This document shows, one piece after another, positions 25,991 through 32,398 of a stretch of 35,025 nucleotides of DNA. This DNA is from an uncultured bacterium (GTDB lineage: Bacteria > Oederibacteriota > CAKKQC01), in NCBI GenBank assembly GCA_964355385.1, contig CAYHEI010000001.1, positions 1-35,025 on the forward strand. The letters run 5' to 3'. The first letter of the stretch is position 1, and every line of letters starts with the position of its first letter. Under the pieces are notes generated by a model that ran no database searches, was not told the origin of the DNA, and saw only the letters and a list, made by a program, of their open reading frames with translations. Made by a program: the position numbers and the translations under genes.

Positions 25991-26298
25991 TCCGGAAGGC
26001 GTTCGTGATGTCCGTGAACCTAGGGCAAGAGGCGGAGTACGAGCGCCGCCACCGGCCGATCTGGGCTGAACTGGAGGCCGTCCTCAAGGCCCACGGCGTC
26101 CACAACTACTCCATCTACCTGCATCCCGAGACCCGGCAGCTTTTCGGGTACGTGGAGATCGAAGACGAGGCGCGCTGGGCCGCGATCGCTCAGACCGACG
26201 TCTGCAAGCGCTGGTGGGCCTCGATGAAGGAGCTCATGCCCTCCAATCCCGACCACAGCCCCGTCAGCCGCGATCTGCGAGAGGTCTTCCATCTTTGA
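25987..26298 (+). CDS. rhaM: L-rhamnose mutarotase
   Basis: The 103-aa product [45 protein letters not shown]... is typical of the RhaM family. The start overlaps the upstream stop (ATGA). Confidence 0.88.
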   Translation: MIRKAFVMSVNLGQEAEYERRHRPIWAELEAVLKAHGVHNYSIYLHPETRQLFGYVEIEDEARWAAIAQTDVCKRWWASMKELMPSNPDHSPVSRDLREVFHL

Positions 26299-26329
26299 TG
26301 GTTTCAAGTAAGGCAAGAACAGAGTGCGT

Positions 26330-26536
26330 TCAGCGTTTGATCCAAGCCAGGGCGATGAGGCCGACGCCGATGCCCCAGAGTTCGAGCCCGTCGCCGACGA
26401 AATAGGGGAAGAGCAGGAGACCGACTCCGGTGATCAGGCTCCAGACGTTCGCTTCGGCCTTGCCGCGGCGGAGAAGAAAGACGCCGATCGCGCTGAAGAG
26501 CACGCCGCCGACGATGGCGGACATGCTGAAGGACAT
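26330..26536 (-). CDS. small hydrophobic membrane protein (2-3 TM)
   Basis: 68 aa with strongly G/C-biased third positions. It lies 9 nt downstream of cysC on the same strand. Confidence 0.6.
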   Translation of the reverse strand: MSFSMSAIVGGVLFSAIGVFLLRRGKAEANVWSLITGVGLLLFPYFVGDGLELWGIGVGLIALAWIKR

Positions 26537-26545
26537 GCGGACGAT

Positions 26546-27070
26546 TCAGCCCAGGGAAGCGAGTCGGTCCAGAATTCTCTTCGCACTCGCCTCCACGGTT
26601 TCCCGGTCGGTGGCGCAGACCACCTCGGGGGACGGCGGCGGCTCGTAGGGGTCGTCGATCCCGGTGAAGTTCTTGATCAGCCCCGCGCGGGCCTTCTTGT
26701 AGTTCCCCTTGGGATCGCGCCCCTCGCAGACCGCCAGCGGGGCGTCCACGGGGACCTCCACGAAGCGGCCTATCTTGGCCCGGACCTCGTCGCGGACCGC
26801 CCGGTAGGGGGAGATCGCCGAGACGATCACGGTCACGCCGTTGCGGGTGAGGAGGTCCGCCACGTACCCTATTCTGCGAATATTCTCGTCGCGGTCTTCC
26901 TTGGAAAACCCGAGTCCCTTGGTGAGATGCTGCCGCACCTGGTCGCCGTCCAGGACCTCGACCCTCCGTCCCGCGGCGCGCAGGCGGGTTTCCAGCGCCC
27001 GGGCGATGGTGGTCTTCCCCGCCCCGGACAGCCCCGTCAGCCAGATCGTCACCCCGCCGGTGCTTGCCAC
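26546..27070 (-). CDS. cysC: adenylyl-sulfate (APS) kinase
   Basis: 174 aa. It has the P-loop GLSGAGKTT and the family-typical LDGDQVR / FSKEDRDENIRR. Confidence 0.93.
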   Translation of the reverse strand: MASTGGVTIWLTGLSGAGKTTIARALETRLRAAGRRVEVLDGDQVRQHLTKGLGFSKEDRDENIRRIGYVADLLTRNGVTVIVSAISPYRAVRDEVRAKIGRFVEVPVDAPLAVCEGRDPKGNYKKARAGLIKNFTGIDDPYEPPPSPEVVCATDRETVEASAKRILDRLASLG

Positions 27071-27088
27071 GAGGTCAATTCTACCTCC

Positions 27089-27094
27089 TATAAT
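27089..27094 (+). promoter_or_regulatory. consensus -10 box TATAAT, 5 nt before the ATG of the thioredoxin-fold gene (leaderless geometry)
   Basis: Read directly: TATAAT-GAGGC-ATG(27100). The nearest -35-like hexamer, TTGCCA (27064-27069), is 19 nt away. Confidence 0.4.
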
Positions 27095-27099
27095 GAGGC

Positions 27100-27690
27100 A
27101 TGGCGTTCACGCTCGAGCTCGGCCGGACCTGCCCCGACTTCAGGCTGCCCGCGACGGACGGGAAGACTTACGGCCCCGGTGATTTCAAGGACGCGAAGGT
27201 CCTGGTCGTGTTCTTCTCCTGCAACCACTGCCCGTACGTCACGGGCTCGGACGAACACACCCGGGAAGTCGCCGCGCGGTTCCAACCGCAGGGCGTCCGG
27301 TTCGTGGCGATCAACGCCAACAGCGAGGTCACCCACCCCAACGACGACTTCCCGTCCATGGTGGCGCGGATGAAGGAGAAGAAGTTCCCCTGGGTCTATC
27401 TGCGTGACAAGTCCCAGGACGTCGCGCGGGCCTTCGGCGCCCTGCGCACGCCCCACTTCTACGTCTTCGATCAAGCGCGGAAGCTGGTCTACACCGGCCG
27501 GGGGATGAACAACCCGCACGAAGCCGCCCGCGCCACCGTGTTCGATCTGGACCGCGCGCTGGAAGAAGTGACGGCCGGAAAGCCGGTGAGCGTCCCCCTC
27601 ACGAACCCGGTGGGGTGCAATGTGAAGTGGGAGGGGCAGGACGCGCACTGGATGCCGCCGGAAGCCTGCGATTTGGCCCCCGCGCGGTAG
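27100..27690 (+). CDS. thioredoxin-fold (redoxin/AhpC-TSA-like) protein
   Basis: 196 aa. It has a CxxC motif (SCNHCPY), RTPHFYVFD, and a C-terminal GCNVKW. Confidence 0.85.
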   Translation: MAFTLELGRTCPDFRLPATDGKTYGPGDFKDAKVLVVFFSCNHCPYVTGSDEHTREVAARFQPQGVRFVAINANSEVTHPNDDFPSMVARMKEKKFPWVYLRDKSQDVARAFGALRTPHFYVFDQARKLVYTGRGMNNPHEAARATVFDLDRALEEVTAGKPVSVPLTNPVGCNVKWEGQDAHWMPPEACDLAPAR

Positions 27691-27698
27691 CGCGGAAT

Positions 27699-27914
27699 CT
27701 ATTTCCCCGCGTCCTCCGCGCCCTGCGTCATCTGCTTCGCGGACTCCTTCGCCTTGTCCGCGGCCCGCTGGGCGGCCTCTTCGGCGATCTTCCCCTGCTG
27801 GAGCTGCACGGCGGGATTGACGGCGGTCTTCTCCACCTCGCTGGCGCTGAGGTAGTGGTAGGTCGCCCAGGCGACGACCCCGCCAAGCGCGGCGATCAGG
27901 AGCAGCTTCTTCAC
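27699..27914 (-). CDS. small membrane-anchored/secreted Ala/Lys/Glu/Gln-rich protein
   Basis: 71 aa. The GTG start overlaps the upstream TGA (GTGA). It has an N-terminal hydrophobic segment (KKLLLIAALGGVVAWATY) and then a low-complexity charged tail. Confidence 0.55.
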   Translation of the reverse strand: MKKLLLIAALGGVVAWATYHYLSASEVEKTAVNPAVQLQQGKIAEEAAQRAADKAKESAKQMTQGAEDAGK

Positions 27915-29179
27915 CGCCGCTTCTTCCCGCGCGTCCGGCGCCAGCTCGCCAGGAGCGCCTTCATCTCCTTCGTCGCCGCCGCCCGGCCGCCCGCGACTTT
28001 CCGCTTCGCGTCGTGCAGCCAGCGTCCCTGGTTGTCGCGCAAGACCGGCAGCCGCTGCGCGACGGGCGGCACCTCGCACGCGGCGCCCGGCCGCTCCGCG
28101 TACCAGTAAGCCGTGCTGCTCATCTCGTTCGCGAGGTGGTTGGCATGCCCGTGCTCGATCGTGACCTTGATCTCGCGCTCGAACCGGACCGGGTTCTCGA
28201 CATGGAAGACGTAGCTGGTCTGGTAGCCGTGCGTGTGGTTCTCCCAGATGGATGACCCGTTGCGCAGGAACGCGTTGGGCTGCATCCCCCAGGCCTGGTT
28301 GAGGTAGTCCTCGCTCCCGGTGCCGTGCAGGTCGGGCGGCCACTTATAGCCGTCCACCCAGATCATGTCGTCCCCCTCGCCCCACCAGGTTCCTTGGAAG
28401 TTGGTGACCGAGAGATTGCAGCCGAGGTAGTGGCCACGCCCCTGGGTTTCCAGAATGACGTAATTGTTCTTCCACGCGGTCCGTTCCACGTTCACGGCGT
28501 CCGCCTCCCGATGATTAACCAGGATCTCGCGCCCCCAGCCGCCGAACGGGTTCGTGCGGCGGAACTCGGCGTGGACGTACCCCTCGTCGTCGCGCACGCC
28601 ACCGGGCCCGAGCCGTTCATAATCGACGTAGAAATACTGTTGATGTCGTTCCCGGCTCTGGTTGATCAACTCGAGCTTCGCGCGCCGCCGGAAGGGCATC
28701 GGCAGGTAGGCGTTCAGCGCGCACCCCTCGTTGAACCGGTGGTTGCTGTTGGTGGACGCGGTGAAGAAGAGCGACTGGTACGAGTTTACGATGCCGTGCC
28801 CGAGCCCGAAGAAGTCGCCCAGCGGTACGAGCACGCTGGCGTCTTTCGCATCGTCCCAGGTGAATCGCAGCAGGCACTCGCGGTAGTGCCGCCCCTGGGT
28901 CATCCAGAGGTGGGTGATCCGGCCGGGGCCCTCGAGATCGGCCAGCACCCGCGTCTCGCCGGGCTCCAGCGTCCACCAGTCGGCGTTGCGGCCGCTCTTG
29001 TCCCAGGACGACACCCGGAGGGTCTTCCCCCGTTGCAGACGCGCGACGGTGCTCAGGTCGAAGGGCACGATGGTCCCGTTGTACGTCCTGGCGCGCTCCG
29101 CGTCAAGGGCCGCCCCGCTCGTGGCCCGCGCGAGGCCGGAGATCATCAGCGCCGCGGACATCAGGCGCCATGCTACCAT
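27911..29179 (-). CDS. DUF2961 / GH172-family glycoside hydrolase-like protein
   Basis: The signal-like N-terminus is MVAWRLMSAALMISGLARA. The family motif is HGTGSEDYLNQAWG. The ATG at 29161 is an alternative start. The ORF-track 5' extension to 29596 is spurious. Confidence 0.82.
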   Translation of the reverse strand: MVAWRLMSAALMISGLARATSGAALDAERARTYNGTIVPFDLSTVARLQRGKTLRVSSWDKSGRNADWWTLEPGETRVLADLEGPGRITHLWMTQGRHYRECLLRFTWDDAKDASVLVPLGDFFGLGHGIVNSYQSLFFTASTNSNHRFNEGCALNAYLPMPFRRRAKLELINQSRERHQQYFYVDYERLGPGGVRDDEGYVHAEFRRTNPFGGWGREILVNHREADAVNVERTAWKNNYVILETQGRGHYLGCNLSVTNFQGTWWGEGDDMIWVDGYKWPPDLHGTGSEDYLNQAWGMQPNAFLRNGSSIWENHTHGYQTSYVFHVENPVRFEREIKVTIEHGHANHLANEMSSTAYWYAERPGAACEVPPVAQRLPVLRDNQGRWLHDAKRKVAGGRAAATKEMKALLASWRRTRGKKRR

Positions 29180-29186
29180 CCACGGT

Positions 29187-29849
29187 ATGACGCCACGGGG
29201 AACGCACCGGCTCATCCTGGCCGCGGGGCTGGCGCTCGCCGCCACGGGCTGCGGCGTCGTCGAGCAGATCCAACAGCTCAAGGCCTTCTCGCGCTGCGAG
29301 TTCCGCCTGGCGTCGGTCCAGGACACCGCGCTGGCGGGGTTCGCGATCCAGGGCAAGACGTCGCTCAAGGACTTCTCGCCGCTCGACGCCTTCAAGGTCC
29401 AGGCGGCGCTGCGACGCAAGGAGCTGCCGCTCGCCTTCACGCTGAACGTCGAGGCCAAGAACCCCAACGACCAGCCCGCCGCGATGAACAAGCTTGCGTG
29501 GATCCTGTTGGTGGACGGGACCGAGCTGACCTCCGGACTGCTCGACCGCCGCGTGGAGGTCGGCGCCAACGGCGGCGTCTCCACCGTTCCCCTCACCGTC
29601 GCCGTGGACCTGCGTCAGGTGCTCTCCGGGAAGGCGCTCGATTCGATGCTCACGCTGGCGTTCAACGTGGCGGGGCTGGGCGCCCACCCGACGCGCATCA
29701 CGCTGCAGGCCAAGCCCACGGTCCTCGTCGCCGGTCAACCCGTCGAGTACCCCGGCTATCTCTCCGTCAGCACCGAGTTCGGCGGGAATCCCGCCGCCTC
29801 ATCCAACGGCGACGCCGTGGCCGGTCGGTTGGAAGCGCTTCTGAGGTAG
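29187..29849 (+). CDS. lipoprotein with LEA_2 (LEA14/WHy-like) domain
   Basis: The lipobox is LAATGC. FTLNVEAKNPNDQP...WILLVDGTELTSG...VPLTVAVDL is the LEA_2 pattern. TACCAT (29174-29179) lies 7 nt before the ATG. Confidence 0.7.
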   Translation: MTPRGTHRLILAAGLALAATGCGVVEQIQQLKAFSRCEFRLASVQDTALAGFAIQGKTSLKDFSPLDAFKVQAALRRKELPLAFTLNVEAKNPNDQPAAMNKLAWILLVDGTELTSGLLDRRVEVGANGGVSTVPLTVAVDLRQVLSGKALDSMLTLAFNVAGLGAHPTRITLQAKPTVLVAGQPVEYPGYLSVSTEFGGNPAASSNGDAVAGRLEALLR

Positions 29850-29901
29850 CGTCCGGACCTTGCGGGCCGGCGCAGCGCCGGGCCTCCGTGATCCCCGGCC
29901 A

Positions 29902-30360
29902 CTACACCGGCAGGCCGACCTCGCGGGCGGCGTCGTTCTGCGGTCCGTCCAGACTGACGAACCGGGTCAGCGGCTCCCGTGCGTGGAACCACAGGGCGGT
30001 CCGCAAGTGAGCCAAATCCAGCGAGCGAGGAGTCGACACCACCGGGACGGCACCCCGCCGGCACAGGTCGAGCGTCAGGTCACGGAGGACGAACTGATCG
30101 AGATCGGCATCGAGCCGTTCCAAGGACTTGTTGAGGTCCGCGGTCCGGAGGATGCCGTGGCGAGCAAGGTGGACCAGCGTGCGATGCGCTTCCAGCGCGA
30201 GGAGCGAGCTCGACAGCAGCACGCCGCCGGCCGTTTCCCGGACGAGAGCCTCATGGCCCCGTTCGCCCAGCAGGACGGCCAAATAGGAGGAAGTGTCGAG
30301 GTAGAATCGACCGGGCGTCGGCGCGACTCGTCGGGTCGCTTCAGCTCCCGCGACGGTCAT
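29902..30360 (-). CDS. PIN-domain toxin (VapC-like)
   Basis: The ATG at 30360 gives 152 aa. It has FYLDTSSY...E...SLD acidic residues. It overlaps the antitoxin 3' end by 20 nt. Confidence 0.8.
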   Translation of the reverse strand: MTVAGAEATRRVAPTPGRFYLDTSSYLAVLLGERGHEALVRETAGGVLLSSSLLALEAHRTLVHLARHGILRTADLNKSLERLDADLDQFVLRDLTLDLCRRGAVPVVSTPRSLDLAHLRTALWFHAREPLTRFVSLDGPQNDAAREVGLPV

Positions 30361-30583
30361 CCGCCAGGACCTCGAGCAACTTCCCCCGGCTGCCATGATG
30401 CAGGATGGCCCGGAGCCGGGCTCTTGCGGAACGTGCACCCACGATCACATGCTCCCGTTCGGCGGACCCCAGGGTCGCCACCGCTTTCCGGTGCCGCGTG
30501 ATCAGAATCTTCTCCCCCCCCGCCGCTTCCGAGACGAACGAAGCCAAGTTTCTCTTAAGTTCATGAATTGGGACCATTCTCAT
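30341..30583 (-). CDS. Phd/YefM-like type II antitoxin
   Basis: 80 aa with MRMVPIHELKRNLASFVSEAAGGEKILITRHRKAVATL. It lies directly upstream of the PIN gene and overlaps it. Confidence 0.8.
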   Translation of the reverse strand: MRMVPIHELKRNLASFVSEAAGGEKILITRHRKAVATLGSAEREHVIVGARSARARLRAILHHGSRGKLLEVLADDRRGS

Positions 30584-30608
30584 ACAAATAGTGTACCACG
30601 AATGGGCC

Positions 30609-31373
30609 CTACGCCTCGCCCTGCCGCGCGCGTATCGAGGCGTACGTGCGGTAGCCGGGTGAGGCCGGAGCGGTGATCACGAACCAGCGCGCGCCGTGCT
30701 CGGTCGCCACCGTGAGCTTCCGCTCGTCGCGGATGAAGAGCGCGTCGCCCTGCTTGGCTTCGCGGCCCGCGGCGGTCAACGCGCCCTCGATCACGCACGC
30801 GACGGAGACGGTCGTGAGATCCCGCGGCACCTCGTACGATCCCGGGGCGAGCGTCTGGTCCACGATGCCGATCCCGGGCGTCTCCATCGTCATGGGCGCG
30901 CCCTCGCCCTTGACGACCTTCGTCGACATGCCGCCCGCGAGCCGAACGGGGAAGGACGCGGCGGGGTAGTCGTCGTACGACGCGGGATGGGCCAGCGATT
31001 TCGCCAGGTCGGGGTCGAACCAGATCTGGAAGATCGCGCCGCCCGGCAGGAGCTTCTCGGCATGCTCGATCCCGTCGCCCGCGCGAATGAGCTGCGCGTC
31101 GCCCGCCGACAACTTCTTCCACCCGTTGAGCTTGCTGTCGAAGTGTTCGATGGTGCCCGTGAGCACGTAGGACAAGATCTCGAACCCCTCGTGCGGGTGC
31201 CGGTCGATCAGCCCGCCGCCGTCCGACCAGGCGTGCGCCCAGTAGAAGAGGCTCGACACCGGCTTCCCTTCCCCGCCGTCGCCGGGGAACCCGATGGGCT
31301 TGTGCTCGAGGATCGCGCCGCCGTCGAACGCGCCCTTGGACTGCTTGGACTTCGCTATGATCTGAACGGCCAT
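30609..31373 (-). CDS. pirin family protein
   Basis: The ATG at 31373 gives 254 aa. The cupin metal motif is HPHEGFEILSYVLTGTIEH. The ORF-track 5' extension is spurious. Confidence 0.88.
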   Translation of the reverse strand: MAVQIIAKSKQSKGAFDGGAILEHKPIGFPGDGGEGKPVSSLFYWAHAWSDGGGLIDRHPHEGFEILSYVLTGTIEHFDSKLNGWKKLSAGDAQLIRAGDGIEHAEKLLPGGAIFQIWFDPDLAKSLAHPASYDDYPAASFPVRLAGGMSTKVVKGEGAPMTMETPGIGIVDQTLAPGSYEVPRDLTTVSVACVIEGALTAAGREAKQGDALFIRDERKLTVATEHGARWFVITAPASPGYRTYASIRARQGEA

Positions 31374-31803
31374 GACCGCATTATCGCATCCGACGGAGGA
31401 CGAGCTGCGCGCGCTGCTCCGCGCCGCGTGCACGATCGCCGTGGTGGGCGCCTCGTCCAAACCCGACCGCCCGTCGTACGGCGTCATGCGGCGGTTGCAG
31501 CAGGCCGGCTACCGAATCGTCCCGGTCAATCCGAACGAGACCGAGGTCCTCGGCGAGAAGGCGTATCCCACGATCGAGGCGATCCCCGGCCGGGTGGATA
31601 TCGTCGACGTCTTCCGGAGGTCTGAGGAAACGCCTCCCATCGCGAACTCCGCCGTCAAGATCGGCGCGAAGCTCTTGTGGCTCCAGGAGGGCATCAGCAA
31701 CGACGAAGCCGCCGCCCTGGCGCGCGCGGCCGGCCTTCCGGTCGTCATGGACCGCTGCCTCGCGGTCGCGGTCTCGATCTTCGGCATCACCCGCGCGAGG
31801 TGA
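31372..31803 (+). CDS. CoA-binding domain protein (YccU-like)
   Basis: 143 aa with IAVVGASSKPDRPSYGV...VPVNP...VDVFR. The ATG overlaps the pirin ATG on the opposite strand (CATG). Confidence 0.85.
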   Translation: MTALSHPTEDELRALLRAACTIAVVGASSKPDRPSYGVMRRLQQAGYRIVPVNPNETEVLGEKAYPTIEAIPGRVDIVDVFRRSEETPPIANSAVKIGAKLLWLQEGISNDEAAALARAAGLPVVMDRCLAVAVSIFGITRAR

Positions 31804-32389
31804 CGCGCTCGAACACGCTGATGGACTGGCACATCCACATGAAGGGCGGCCGGTCGGCCAGGAACCGCTCGGAGAACTCCCCCGTCCGCTTGCGGTCGTA
31901 GGCGAAGCCGTGCGCGGCCAGCCGCGCCCACCAGTACCGCTTCGGCCGCTCGTTGACGTGGTGCGTGCCGCCCTGGTACGGCCGCGCGGCCGAGAAGATC
32001 AGCCGGTCGCTGAACTGGACGATGTTCGCCAGAAACGCGTCCGACAGCTCCTCGGGAATGTGCTCCGCCACCTCGAGGCACAGCGCCAGATCGAACCGCC
32101 CCCAGGGGTTCGCGAAGGGCACCGTCAGGTCCCGCGCCTCGACGGGACCCGGGAACGCGAACTCCGGCGGCGCGAGCGCCCCGTCCACCGCCACGACCTC
32201 CGCGCCCCGCTCCCGGAAGGCGTGCGCGAAGATTCCGCAGCCGCACCCGAGATCGATCACCCGCGCCGGGGCGAACCGGCGGGAGAGGTCTCCCACGATC
32301 CAGCGTGCGGTTGCGATGTACGGTTCGTTCGTCGCGCCGTGCTCCGCGAAGAACGCGCGATCGTAGATCCGGGCGAGGTCCGGCATCAT
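31787..32389 (-). CDS. class I SAM-dependent methyltransferase
   Basis: 200 aa with motif I VIDLGCGCGIFA. Its 3' end overlaps the convergent CoA-binding gene by 17 nt. It lies 9 nt downstream of the 842-aa ORF. Confidence 0.85.
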   Translation of the reverse strand: MMPDLARIYDRAFFAEHGATNEPYIATARWIVGDLSRRFAPARVIDLGCGCGIFAHAFRERGAEVVAVDGALAPPEFAFPGPVEARDLTVPFANPWGRFDLALCLEVAEHIPEELSDAFLANIVQFSDRLIFSAARPYQGGTHHVNERPKRYWWARLAAHGFAYDRKRTGEFSERFLADRPPFMWMCQSISVFERVTSRG

Positions 32390-32398
32390 GCGCGCGCC

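Noticed and set aside
29866-29886. GC-rich near-palindrome (GGGCCGGCGC-A-GCGCCGGGCC) between the convergent lipoprotein and PIN genes, as a possible bidirectional terminator
   Set aside because: There is no T-tract on either side, the loop is only 1 nt and the arms are imperfect. I cannot distinguish it from chance palindromy in G+C-rich sequence.
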